DNA of 64,000 bases from Bacteroidales bacterium. Lineage in GTDB: Bacteria > Bacteroidota > Bacteroidia > Bacteroidales > VadinHA17. The stretch is taken from the NCBI GenBank assembly GCA_038325595.1, contig JBBQJD010000005.1, positions 6,291 to 70,290 on the forward strand, in the 5' to 3' direction. The position numbers and the translations under genes were made by a program. How positions within the stretch are numbered: the stretch's first letter is position 1; every line of letters begins with the position of its first letter. Shown here piece by piece: positions 27,282 through 37,165 of this stretch. The notes beneath the pieces were generated by a model. That model ran no database searches, was not told the origin of the DNA, and saw nothing but the letters and a program-made list of their open reading frames with translations.

Positions 27282-30275
27282 TCAGAATCTGAAATATATA
27301 AACGGCATCACATCAGTTGTTCTCATCTGGAACATCAATATTGCAAACACCATAATGATTGCCAGTTGAGCGGCGATGGGAATCTTTATGAACAACCCCC
27401 TGTATGCCTCTTTAATCTTCTCAGGAAGGAAATGAATTGCATAACCCACGAACATCAGCAGGAAGACACTGCTATATGCAGGCAGTACTGATATATATGA
27501 TCCGGGAGAAAAACTTTCTGCAATCTGTCTGAGCATTTCACCCACTCTTTCCATATCTGGCGCTCTGAAGAATATCCAGCAAAAACTCACAAAATTGAAT
27601 GTAATGAAAACTGCTATAGCACGCCTGAACCGCCCTCTTTCAATCTTTCCGGGAAAAATAGAGTTCCATATTCTGCTGAATACCAATCCTAAACCATGCA
27701 ATAAACCCCAGATAACAAACCTGATGGAAGCTCCATGCCACAGACCTCCAAGCAGCATGGTGATTATCAGGTTTATTGCTGATCTGAAATTCCCTTTTCT
27801 GTTTCCTCCGAGTGGAATATACAGATAGTCCTTCAACCATCGTGATAGGGAAATATGCCATCTTTTCCAGAAATCAGAAAGGCCTGCTGCCTTATAAGGA
27901 GAATTAAAGTTGAGAGGTAATCTGAAACCTAGTATCAGAGCCAGTCCAATAGCAATATCTGTATACCCGGAAAAATCGCAATAGATCTGAAGACCATAAC
28001 CATAAACAGCCATCAGATTCTCAAAACCTGAATACATTGCAGGAGCATCAAAAACCCTGTCAATATAATTAACAGCAATAAAATCGGCTATTATGATTTT
28101 CTTGATCAGACCTTTTGTGATTAGAAACAAAGCATGGCTGAATTCTCTTTTTGCAAGGTGAAATTCTGTATAAAGCTGAGGTATAAATTCTGAAGCTCTG
28201 ACGATCGGACCGGCCACAAGCTGGGGGAAAAATGAGACGTAAAAACCAAAGTCAATAAAATTCCGTACAGGTTCTACCTTTTTCCTGTAAACATCAAAAA
28301 TATAGCTCAATGATTGAAAAGTAAAAAATGAAATGCCCACTGGAAGGATTATATTGCTGATACTGAGAGATGTACCAAAATATTGATTTGTGAAAGAAGC
28401 CAGATAATCTTTTACCTGGAAATCAGTTCCCATCAGATCATTGACAGTTTCCACAATAAATCCTGTATACTTAAAATAGGCAAGAATACCCAGGTTTGAT
28501 AAAAGACTGATGAAAACATAGAATCTCTTCTTATATCTTTTCCCTGAACGATGTATCAATATTCCGCAGGTATAATCAACCAGGATAACAAAAATCAGAA
28601 GAAATAAAAACAGCCCTCCTGATTTATAGTAGAAAAAGAGGCTGACCAGAAAAAGATAAGAATTCCTTAAAACCAGTTTTTTATAGATAAAGCTGTATCC
28701 GGCCAGCACAATCAGCAGGAATAACCAGAAAGCTGCAGAAGTAAAGATTAAAGGTCTTTCAGGCTTATAATTTAATAAATTCAATACCGAACCTGCAAAT
28801 GTTTGATCTTTCTGAGTAGATTCCTGAGGAATAATCTTAATAGGAACCGTTGTATCAATCTCAATGAAAGTTTGCTCTTTAACCACTTTTTTCTCCCTCC
28901 TGAAAAGCTCATCAGCCAGCAAGACAGATAGTGAATCAGCTCCGGTATATGTCAGATGAACATAATCTTTCTGAGCCAATGGAGGCTGTCGTTCTGCCCA
29001 GCTGACAATTGATAAGGATCCCCCCATGGAAGTAAATGAATCCCAGAATGAAACTCCCGCTGCAATCGTTGCGTTTTTCTGAGCCTGAATTATTGAGGGA
29101 ATATTTGGATATGACCTTATGCTGTCACCGGTTTTGAGGGCCATGTCTGTGAGACCTACCACAAAAATAGGTGTGGAGGGTGATACTTCCTTCAGAAGCT
29201 TTAGCTGCCTTGTAAGGCCTCTCTCATAGTATGAATAATCATCCGCTACATTCCTGACAATATTAAGTCCATAGTGGAGAATAAAAAGATCGGGAGCAAG
29301 CAACCTGTAAGATTCAGAAAGATTGCTTCTGCCTACCATAGTAAATTCGAGTCCTGCGCTTCCGCGCTGCGGAATATTATCAACGATTACACCTGTACTG
29401 CTTTCTATGCTGATGCCGTAAATATCAGGACTAACCTGTCCTGTAAATTCAATTTGTATGAAATCTACACCGTCCAGATTGCATGAAATTTCGCTCATGC
29501 CTCTTCCCTTCTTCAGTACATCATTGAAAATTTCCCTACCTCCTGATTTTACACCAACATACACTATATCAGATACATTGCCGTATAGAATCCTTAGTAA
29601 ATCATAGTGAGAGGAAGAACTGTCAGCTGTTCCGGATGGCCGAACCGAAACGAAAGCCTTAACAGGGATGCCGGATTTTTCACCTTCAGGCAGGAACCGG
29701 CATGAAACCATGAAAGGCCCAAAGTCGCGGTGTGAAATCTCTCCTTTTTTATAAGAAAGGTAATTATATCTTTTCCAGTTTGCAGAAGACTTCAGTGAAT
29801 ATGTTTTTGTATACATTACGGGCATTACAGGGAGAAACAGACCAGGCCCGGTACCACCTTTTTTCTCCCTTAGAATTTGTCGCAGATAAGATGTTATACG
29901 ATCTCCTTCTATTTGGGAATCACCGTAATACATTATCCTTACCTGTCCTGAAGAATAGTTGAGTGAATCAAGGAATGGCAGAATTGGATCAGCAGGAGAA
30001 TATACAGTTGCAGAATACGGTGCTGTGATTGTATCATAAGCCGGAATATAAACCGAATCAAGGCTTTCGCTGCTCTTCAATTCTGCTGAAGAGTGTTCAG
30101 AATCTGAATTATGAGAATCATCTGTGGGGGATCTGGCACAGAAAAATGAACTTATTTCGGAAGGGATAAATTCACTAACAGGGGGAAATAACTCACCATA
30201 TGGAATGACATAATGAAGGCCTGTAAAAAGGGCAACAAAGATCAGTAACAGCAATAATGACCTTAAAGGACGCAT
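27282..30275 (-). CDS. fusion protein: N-terminal TM anchor + SGNH/GDSL-like domain + C-terminal MBOAT (AlgI/PatA/DltB-type) O-acyltransferase
   Basis: The N-terminal half has SGNH blocks YYGDSQIEGD (block I), HYGLN (block III) and DYVHL (DxxH, block V). The C-terminal half has MBOAT hallmarks FWKRWHISLSRWLKDYLYIPLGG and GGLWHGAS with many TM segments. 997 aa. Confidence 0.8.
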   Translation of the reverse strand: MRPLRSLLLLLIFVALFTGLHYVIPYGELFPPVSEFIPSEISSFFCARSPTDDSHNSDSEHSSAELKSSESLDSVYIPAYDTITAPYSATVYSPADPILPFLDSLNYSSGQVRIMYYGDSQIEGDRITSYLRQILREKKGGTGPGLFLPVMPVMYTKTYSLKSSANWKRYNYLSYKKGEISHRDFGPFMVSCRFLPEGEKSGIPVKAFVSVRPSGTADSSSSHYDLLRILYGNVSDIVYVGVKSGGREIFNDVLKKGRGMSEISCNLDGVDFIQIEFTGQVSPDIYGISIESSTGVIVDNIPQRGSAGLEFTMVGRSNLSESYRLLAPDLFILHYGLNIVRNVADDYSYYERGLTRQLKLLKEVSPSTPIFVVGLTDMALKTGDSIRSYPNIPSIIQAQKNATIAAGVSFWDSFTSMGGSLSIVSWAERQPPLAQKDYVHLTYTGADSLSVLLADELFRREKKVVKEQTFIEIDTTVPIKIIPQESTQKDQTFAGSVLNLLNYKPERPLIFTSAAFWLFLLIVLAGYSFIYKKLVLRNSYLFLVSLFFYYKSGGLFLFLLIFVILVDYTCGILIHRSGKRYKKRFYVFISLLSNLGILAYFKYTGFIVETVNDLMGTDFQVKDYLASFTNQYFGTSLSISNIILPVGISFFTFQSLSYIFDVYRKKVEPVRNFIDFGFYVSFFPQLVAGPIVRASEFIPQLYTEFHLAKREFSHALFLITKGLIKKIIIADFIAVNYIDRVFDAPAMYSGFENLMAVYGYGLQIYCDFSGYTDIAIGLALILGFRLPLNFNSPYKAAGLSDFWKRWHISLSRWLKDYLYIPLGGNRKGNFRSAINLIITMLLGGLWHGASIRFVIWGLLHGLGLVFSRIWNSIFPGKIERGRFRRAIAVFITFNFVSFCWIFFRAPDMERVGEMLRQIAESFSPGSYISVLPAYSSVFLLMFVGYAIHFLPEKIKEAYRGLFIKIPIAAQLAIIMVFAILMFQMRTTDVMPFIYFRF

Positions 30276-30287
30276 ATATTAGAGAAA

Positions 30288-31829
30288 TCAGCTTTTCTTT
30301 CTGATCTTCAGTTTCTGCCCCGCCTGAATCTTTGAAGGATCGGAAATATTATTCAGTGACAATATATCGTTTGTTGAAACATTTTCAAACATTTTTACAA
30401 TATCCCATATTGTATCGCCTGACCTTACCGTATATGTTATGTATTCACCGCTTATTTCAGAAGGTACGTTAACAGTACTGACAGTGGTATTCACAGGAAC
30501 ACTCTTTCCCACAAGGGCTTGTTTTTCAACAAGAGACAATGAATTGATCTTTGAAAAATATTCCGATTTTGCCGGATCTGCATATATGACCAGTTTCTGT
30601 CCTACCCTGATGGTATTACGGGAAATATTATTCCAGTATCGCAAATCGGAGAGTCCTACATGGTACCAGGCAGAAATAAAGCCAAGATTGTCGCCCTGCC
30701 TGACGGTATAAATAAGCTTGGTTCTTCCTTTTATATCTGAAGGAACGTTTGATGACCGTGTCGGATCAGCGATCTGTGTTACCTTACTCAGATAAACATC
30801 AGGTTTATAATTCTTTATAGTGTCGTTCAAGTCGATAAAATCGCCAAGATGATTCATTGGCAGAGTAAGAGCCATTGGTTTTGAAGATCCGGGGATAAAA
30901 CCTGTGCGGTACTGAGGATTTAATGCCTGCAGCTCTCCAATTGGAATTCTCATGACTTCTGAGATCTGTGTAAGATGCATGTTCTCGCTAACCATTATCG
31001 TATCAGTGGCTACCGGAATATTCAGGAGCATTGGCTTGATAAAATGTTCCGGAAAGTAATTTACGGCATATGCTGCAGCAATATACATTGGAATATATCC
31101 TCTTGTTTCCCTGGGAAGATTGTAATATATTTCCCAGTAATCCTTTTTGTTACCCGACCTTCTGATAGCCTTGTTTACATTTCCCGGGCCACAATTATAT
31201 GCTGCAATAACCAGCGCCCAGTCATTATAAATCTTATACAGGTCCTTCAAATAGCGTGCTGCAGCATGAGTAGCTTTTAAGGGATCCCTGCGTTCGTCCA
31301 CAACAGAATTGATAGTAAGTCCATAAAACCGTCCCGTGCTGTACATGAACTGCCACATTCCGGTCGCTCCTACTCTGGAAACTGCATTGGGATTAAGGGC
31401 TGATTCTATAACTGCCATATACTTGAGTTCGTCCGGAATTCCATAGGAATCAAAGACATCTTCAATCATAGGGAAATAATAATCCTTTAATCCGAGAACA
31501 GCGCTGAATTTTTCTCTTTGCCTTATTGTATAGACATGTATGTGGTTTCTTATGATGTTATTATAAGGAAGGCTGACAATTGAATTAATGCGGTTCAGCC
31601 TGCTGATATACATACTGTCAGGATATTCCTTCCCGATCGAATCGCCCTGAAATTCCGGAGGAAGGCTGTTATATACCATCCTGACATACCACGACGTCAC
31701 GAGGCTGTCGAGGTTTTTGTTAACAAGCTCGATACTGTTATCGGTCTTGTAAATTACGGTATCGGGTATAGAGGCACTTAAACTGCCAGTCGAGAAAAGA
31801 ATGGTTATCAGAATTGCTACACATCTCAT
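30288..31829 (-). CDS. mltD: MltD-like lytic transglycosylase with LysM domains
   Basis: SLT motif AVIESALNPNAVSRVGATGMWQFM and at least two LysM repeats (YTVRQGDNLGFIS..., YTVRSGDTIWDIV...). Confidence 0.9.
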   Translation of the reverse strand: MRCVAILITILFSTGSLSASIPDTVIYKTDNSIELVNKNLDSLVTSWYVRMVYNSLPPEFQGDSIGKEYPDSMYISRLNRINSIVSLPYNNIIRNHIHVYTIRQREKFSAVLGLKDYYFPMIEDVFDSYGIPDELKYMAVIESALNPNAVSRVGATGMWQFMYSTGRFYGLTINSVVDERRDPLKATHAAARYLKDLYKIYNDWALVIAAYNCGPGNVNKAIRRSGNKKDYWEIYYNLPRETRGYIPMYIAAAYAVNYFPEHFIKPMLLNIPVATDTIMVSENMHLTQISEVMRIPIGELQALNPQYRTGFIPGSSKPMALTLPMNHLGDFIDLNDTIKNYKPDVYLSKVTQIADPTRSSNVPSDIKGRTKLIYTVRQGDNLGFISAWYHVGLSDLRYWNNISRNTIRVGQKLVIYADPAKSEYFSKINSLSLVEKQALVGKSVPVNTTVSTVNVPSEISGEYITYTVRSGDTIWDIVKMFENVSTNDILSLNNISDPSKIQAGQKLKIRKKS

Positions 31830-31840
31830 GATTTCAACAA

Positions 31841-32629
31841 CTAAAAATTAATTTTCAAACTCACATTTAATCCTGCTCCAATATATCCTCCGGGCATTGA
31901 CAACTGGACAGGAGCCATCGTAAGATCCAGATTGTCACTCATATCAAAGTTAAATAAGCTGGCGTCAACATTTGCATCCAGCACCGAAACAAGGTACCAT
32001 GCTGCCAGGCCAATATACGAAAGATCACGATATCTTTTATAACTATCTACCATTCGCAGCATCTGATCACGATAATTTGACGCTGTTGCCGGATTATGTT
32101 CTGAAGGATAAATAACAGGATCATATGACTGCTGGGGAGCGGGTATTAATTCGACATAGCTGTCGGTCTCCTTTATTGCGTCTGTAAAATCCTGATAAGC
32201 TCTCATATAAGTAGTATACTGTTTGGAATTGAAGCCGATGCTGTAAATAAGTCCTCCAAAACCTGCATATACCACGGGTATTTTCCAGTATTTCCTGTTA
32301 TAAATCTGACCAAGTCCGGGTAAAGCCACTGCCATCATTGTAGCTTTAAGCGGTTCCGGCATGAATTTTTTCCTGGCAGGTTCCGCAATAATCAGAGTAT
32401 CCTGTGTCTTAAATTTCTTCCTGTCAGGTTTTACAATATCCAGAGTATCCTGTGCTTTAAATTTTTTCCTGGCAGGTTTTACAGAAGTAAGAGGATCCTG
32501 TGCAACGGATTCATTTCCGGAAGATGTGACAATAGTCAGGGCATCCTGTGCAATACTATATTGTTGGAAACCAAATAATTGCACAAAGAGAAAAATAAGT
32601 ATTTTCTGATATGTCTTCAAAATGAACAC
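31841..32629 (-). CDS. DUF5683 domain protein
   Basis: LPGLGQIYNRKYWKIPVVYAG motif, and its position downstream of parB as in many Bacteroidota. Confidence 0.7.
   Translation of the reverse strand: MFILKTYQKILIFLFVQLFGFQQYSIAQDALTIVTSSGNESVAQDPLTSVKPARKKFKAQDTLDIVKPDRKKFKTQDTLIIAEPARKKFMPEPLKATMMAVALPGLGQIYNRKYWKIPVVYAGFGGLIYSIGFNSKQYTTYMRAYQDFTDAIKETDSYVELIPAPQQSYDPVIYPSEHNPATASNYRDQMLRMVDSYKRYRDLSYIGLAAWYLVSVLDANVDASLFNFDMSDNLDLTMAPVQLSMPGGYIGAGLNVSLKINF
32363..32554. repeat. 48-nt in-frame tandem repeat (about 4 units) inside the DUF5683 gene
   Basis: Protein repeats AQDALTIVTSSGNESV / AQDPLTSVKPARKKFK / AQDTLDIVKPDRKKFK / TQDTLIIAEPARKKFM. The DNA units are visibly similar. Confidence 0.75.
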
Positions 32630-32677
32630 TCCGGAATTAGTGACCGTTAAAAAACGATCGGCTAAAGATAATTATTT

Positions 32678-33565
32678 TTAGGAGTTTAGGCGATCAAATA
32701 CCCCTAAAATACGCTCCATATCTTCCGGATTTTCAAAAGGAATTACAATCTTTCCTCTGCCAGTTTCATTTATTTTGAAGTTGACTTTAGCTGCAAATAT
32801 TTTATTAAGGTGCTCTGACAGTTGATGAAAATCATCATTAAGCTTTTTCTTTTTTTCAACTTTAACCGGATCTTTTATTTTTACCGATTGCAGTTGTCTC
32901 ACAAGATCTTCAGTCTGCCTTACAGAGAGTTCTCCATCGATAATTTTATAATAAATACCAATCTGTCTTTTTGGATCATCAATGCTCACGAGTGTCCGGG
33001 CATGCCCCATCATGAGGTGTTTATTCTTTATTCCAAGCTGAATTTCGGCTGGCAGCTTCAGCAGTCGAAGATAATTCGCTACTGTTGAACGTTGTTTTCC
33101 TACCCTGTCGCTCAGTTGTTCCTGAGTTAGTTTGCATTCTTCGATCAGCCTCTGAAAGCTTATTGCAACCTCCACAGCATCAAGATCTTCACGCTGAATA
33201 TTTTCAACAAGAGCCAATTCCAGCATAGCCTGATCATCGGCTGTTCTGACATAGGCCGGTACATGCGTTATTCCGGCAAGCCGGGCGGCTCTGAGTCTTC
33301 TTTCCCCGGCAATGAGCTGATATTTTCCGTTACTGATCTCACGAACTGTAAGGGGCTGAACTATTCCGAGCTTTTTTATGGAAGAAGCCAATTCCTCAAG
33401 CGATTGTTCGTCGAAGCTTGTTCGTGGCTGAAAAGGGTTTGCCTCTATTGCATCAAGGGGAATATCAAGGTTTGCTTCTACCTTTTTCTCGAGGATTTCC
33501 TTCTCGACACCATCTATTAATGCACCCAGTCCCCGGCCAAGTGCATTTTTCTTTATCATACTCAT
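32678..33565 (-). CDS. parB: ParB/Spo0J chromosome partitioning protein
   Basis: GLGRGLGALI, the ParB box LIAGERRLRAA and an HTH region. Confidence 0.95.
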   Translation of the reverse strand: MSMIKKNALGRGLGALIDGVEKEILEKKVEANLDIPLDAIEANPFQPRTSFDEQSLEELASSIKKLGIVQPLTVREISNGKYQLIAGERRLRAARLAGITHVPAYVRTADDQAMLELALVENIQREDLDAVEVAISFQRLIEECKLTQEQLSDRVGKQRSTVANYLRLLKLPAEIQLGIKNKHLMMGHARTLVSIDDPKRQIGIYYKIIDGELSVRQTEDLVRQLQSVKIKDPVKVEKKKKLNDDFHQLSEHLNKIFAAKVNFKINETGRGKIVIPFENPEDMERILGVFDRLNS

Positions 33566-33590
33566 AATTTCTCAATGAAGGTTTCAAATA

Positions 33591-34370
33591 TTATTTTGCG
33601 TTACCGTTCACTCTTTTTTCAATCAGTTCCTTGGCCAGATTAAGATAATTAACAGTTCCCCTTGAATCAGCATCGTATAGAATTGCAGGCTGTCCGAAGC
33701 TTGGTGCTTCAGAAAGTTTCACATTTCGCTGAATTATTGTTTTAAAAACCATCTGCTGAAAATGCTTATTCACTTCATCAGCCACCTGGTTTGAAAGCCG
33801 GAGCCTTGAATCGTACATTGTAAGAAGGAATCCTTCAATTTCAAGCTCCGGATTAAGATTGTTCTGTATGATTTTAATTGTATTTAGAAGCTTTCCCAAT
33901 CCCTCAAGTGCAAAGTATTCACACTGAACGGGTATAATAACCGAATCTGAAGCTGTAAGTGCATTTACCGTAAGCAAGCCCAGTGAGGGAGAACAATCGA
34001 TCAGAATATAATCGTAATCCAGGGCAATTTTTTTAAGAACTACTTTAAGGATCTTTTCTCTTTCCGGACGGTCGAGCATTTCAATTTCCGCACCAACAAG
34101 ATCAATGTTTGATGGCATTATTGTAAGGTTTTCAACATCGCACCCCATCAAAGCATCCTGAGGCTCCTTCCCGTCAATAAGGCAATCATATAAAGTACTC
34201 CTTATCTGGCGTGTATCAATTCCTATCCCTGACGTTGCATTTGCCTGAGGATCACCATCAACTATCAGCACTTTCTTTTCAAGAGCGGCCAGGCTGGCTG
34301 CCAGATTTATTGCTGTTGTTGTTTTGCCGACACCACCCTTCTGGTTTGCAATTGCTATAATCCTTCCCAT
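33591..34370 (-). CDS. parA: ParA/Soj partitioning ATPase
   Basis: Deviant Walker [12 protein letters not shown]. 259 aa, immediately upstream of parB. Confidence 0.95.
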   Translation of the reverse strand: MGRIIAIANQKGGVGKTTTAINLAASLAALEKKVLIVDGDPQANATSGIGIDTRQIRSTLYDCLIDGKEPQDALMGCDVENLTIMPSNIDLVGAEIEMLDRPEREKILKVVLKKIALDYDYILIDCSPSLGLLTVNALTASDSVIIPVQCEYFALEGLGKLLNTIKIIQNNLNPELEIEGFLLTMYDSRLRLSNQVADEVNKHFQQMVFKTIIQRNVKLSEAPSFGQPAILYDADSRGTVNYLNLAKELIEKRVNGNAK

Positions 34371-34571
34371 CTCTGTTTCTTAAGTTGTTTTAGTTATATT
34401 CTGTTTTTCAAATTTAATATTAATGAGGTTCTGCTGCCGTAAGACAAAGATGTAATTGTAAACATTTATTTTGGGGTTTTCAACATGTTATTAACATCAT
34501 CTTATGGAATTTTGAATTTTGCTATTCGGGATTTATTTCCATCTTTACTTCCCATTTGATCAAAAAGATAA

Positions 34572-35525
34572 ATGATGCAATCTTCCCTCACAGAACAGTG
34601 GCTTGTTATAGTTAACCCTAATGCAGGAAGCGGCAAGGGTAAAAGGGACTGGGACAAAATTTCAAATCTCCTGGATAAGTACAAACTGCCATTTACAGTA
34701 AAATTTACCACAAGGAAGGAACATGCCATTATCTTTTCAAAGGAAGGCATTGAAGCCGGCTTCAGGAAAATAATTACAGTTGGCGGTGATGGAACCCTCA
34801 ATGAAGTTGTAAATGGTGTTTTTCTGAATGAAGGCTGTTTAACAACAGATATCTCATTGGCTATGATCCCGGTAGGCACAGGCAATGACTGGGGAAGGAT
34901 GTTTGGAATATCACATGATTATGACACTTCAATAGGGATAATCAGTGATAATAAACAAATGAAGCATGATGTCGGACTTGTAAGTTACTATAACGGTCCG
35001 GAAAAAAGCAGCAGGTATTTTATAAATATTGCAGGTTTGGGATTCGAATCCATGGTTGTGAGGAGGACAAACATCCAGAAAGAAAAGGGCCGTACCGGGA
35101 AAGCAATTTATTTCTATAACCTGCTTGCAAGCCTTCTTTCATACAACAATACCCGTGCGGATGTATATATAGACGGAAGGAAGATTGAGTCAAATGTATT
35201 TTCAATGAATGTAGGCAACGGTCGATACTGCGGAGGTGGCATGAGACAGACACCTGATGCCAGACCCGATGATGGGATTTTCGATGTGACAATCATTAAC
35301 GGTATAGGGAAACTGGAAATTATAAAGAATCTGAAAATTCTCTACGACGGTACAATTTTAAGCCATCCAAAAATTGAAGGTTATAAATGCAAAAATATAA
35401 AGGTAACTTCTGATTCAACTATTTACGCAGAATCTGATGGAGAATCACTTGGTCATACTCCATTGGAGTTCAGCATAATACCTTCGGGTATAAATATAAT
35501 TTACGGCACAAGGATCATTGAATGA
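34572..35525 (+). CDS. diacylglycerol kinase family lipid kinase (YegS/BmrU-like)
   Basis: NPNAGSGKG and GGDGTLNEV motifs. 317 aa. Confidence 0.88.
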   Translation: MMQSSLTEQWLVIVNPNAGSGKGKRDWDKISNLLDKYKLPFTVKFTTRKEHAIIFSKEGIEAGFRKIITVGGDGTLNEVVNGVFLNEGCLTTDISLAMIPVGTGNDWGRMFGISHDYDTSIGIISDNKQMKHDVGLVSYYNGPEKSSRYFINIAGLGFESMVVRRTNIQKEKGRTGKAIYFYNLLASLLSYNNTRADVYIDGRKIESNVFSMNVGNGRYCGGGMRQTPDARPDDGIFDVTIINGIGKLEIIKNLKILYDGTILSHPKIEGYKCKNIKVTSDSTIYAESDGESLGHTPLEFSIIPSGINIIYGTRIIE

Positions 35526-36633
35526 TGGTAATCTCATATAGCCTGGGCCAGTTCTTTCCTGTTACAAAGATCCTTTTTCCAACACTATCATAAGCAATCC
35601 CGTTCAGGACATTACTTTCCTCTGATCTTTCAGATTCAGGCAACAGCCCCTGCAAGTCAATATATGCAATGACCTTTCCACTGGCCGGGTCAATACGGGC
35701 GATCAGGTCAGTCATCCAGATGTTGGCCCATATTTCACCATTGATATATTCAAGTTCATTAAGCGAATCAACCTTCCGTTCATTATCATAAACTTCTATT
35801 CTCGAAACGGCAGTAAATAGTTCAGGCTCAAAAAAACCAATATAATTTGTGCCATCACTCATTACAATTTTATCATCAATGGTTGTCAATCCCCAACCCT
35901 CAGTCTGATAATAGATTTTATTAAGCATTTTGAACGTGGATTTTTCGTATACAAATCCTACCTTACTTCTCCAGGTGACATGATAGATCCGATCGCGCCA
36001 GATAGTAATACCCTCACCGAACAATGAAGATTCCAGATTAAGCTGCCGTATTACCTTACCGGTTGTCAGATCGACCTCCCTGAGCGATGATTCTGTTTCC
36101 TGGCCTGTACTTTCATATAATTTCCCGTTTTCGAAGATCAGTCCCTGGGTAAATGCATTCTCATCATGAGGGTATGATTTTACTATTCTGTACCCGTTTC
36201 TTTTTGGTATAACGTCAGAAAAGATGATCATAAACCTGGTGACAGGATTTTGTGATTTGCCTTCCCTGAATGCTGTAATCTTAAGTGACTTTCTGCCTGT
36301 TGTTATTGTGAATGAGGATGGGATGGAATATTCCCATGGAGCTGTTGTTAATGTTTTAACAGCTCTTCCATCGAAAGAAATAAGTACTGAATCAGGTACC
36401 CGCTTATCATCGGTCAGCTCAAGAACCACTTTGACAGGTTCATACAGCCTGAAGCTGGTATTTTCTTCAGGCACTACCATCCTGACAGATCTTTCAGCTT
36501 TTTCGGTCTTTATTATATTTGAAGGGGTTTCTTCATGTGTCTCTTTACCTGCACGTCCTGAACATGAAAGCGTCCATGTTATAAGTAAGATAATGAATGG
36601 AAAAAAGATGAAACGGGTATTATTGGTTCTCAT
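35515..36633 (-). CDS. glutamine cyclotransferase (beta-propeller, plant/bacterial type) with an N-terminal extra domain
   Basis: YPHDENAFTQGLIFENGKLYESTGQ and LNELEYINGEIWANIW blocks. Lipoprotein-type signal (TLSCS). Confidence 0.85.
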   Translation of the reverse strand: MRTNNTRFIFFPFIILLITWTLSCSGRAGKETHEETPSNIIKTEKAERSVRMVVPEENTSFRLYEPVKVVLELTDDKRVPDSVLISFDGRAVKTLTTAPWEYSIPSSFTITTGRKSLKITAFREGKSQNPVTRFMIIFSDVIPKRNGYRIVKSYPHDENAFTQGLIFENGKLYESTGQETESSLREVDLTTGKVIRQLNLESSLFGEGITIWRDRIYHVTWRSKVGFVYEKSTFKMLNKIYYQTEGWGLTTIDDKIVMSDGTNYIGFFEPELFTAVSRIEVYDNERKVDSLNELEYINGEIWANIWMTDLIARIDPASGKVIAYIDLQGLLPESERSEESNVLNGIAYDSVGKRIFVTGKNWPRLYEITIIQ

Positions 36634-36645
36634 TGGTTCCGGTGT

Positions 36646-37077
36646 TCAGGGATTAAATAATCGCTTGAAGATATTTTTACTTGCGGATGACAATTTTTTT
36701 TCGGCCTCTTTTTGCTGAAGTTCATAAGGATTGAGCATTTGCCATACCTCACTCCAACCGGGAAATCCACCAAGATTTTTATCATCTATATAAACATCCG
36801 CATTTATCTTCCTGCTCATGGTTTCATTAAATATTTCCTCAGGATAGTTCTTATTAACAGCATAAAATTCAATACCGTTTTCCCTGCAATAATTGACAGC
36901 TTCATCAAGTTCTTTTCCAGCCCGGAAAGTCCATAATATTAGTCTCACACCTAATTTGTCGAGTTCTTTTAAAGTCTGAAACGCGAATAATTTCTCCTTT
37001 CCGATGTCAGGGTATTCATGATCGACGATCGTTCCGTCAAAATCAACTGCAATCTTAATGTTCGTATAGTCTATCAT
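36646..37077 (-). CDS. small HAD-like hydrolase fold protein
   Basis: IAVDFDGTIV (DxDxT motif) near the N-terminus. 143 aa. Confidence 0.55.
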   Translation of the reverse strand: MIDYTNIKIAVDFDGTIVDHEYPDIGKEKLFAFQTLKELDKLGVRLILWTFRAGKELDEAVNYCRENGIEFYAVNKNYPEEIFNETMSRKINADVYIDDKNLGGFPGWSEVWQMLNPYELQQKEAEKKLSSASKNIFKRLFNP

Positions 37078-37165
37078 TCAGCACCTATTATTAATACAAA
37101 TCTAATAATAAAAGAACGAAGATTTTATTATTTTTACTTCTCTTCTGTACACTTCAATTTTAAAG

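Noticed and set aside
34371-34571. Replication origin next to parAB
   Set aside because: I scanned the parA upstream region by eye for DnaA boxes (TTATCCACA/TGTGGATAA) and found none. No dnaA or dnaN lies in the window. parAB are not reliably origin-adjacent in Bacteroidota.
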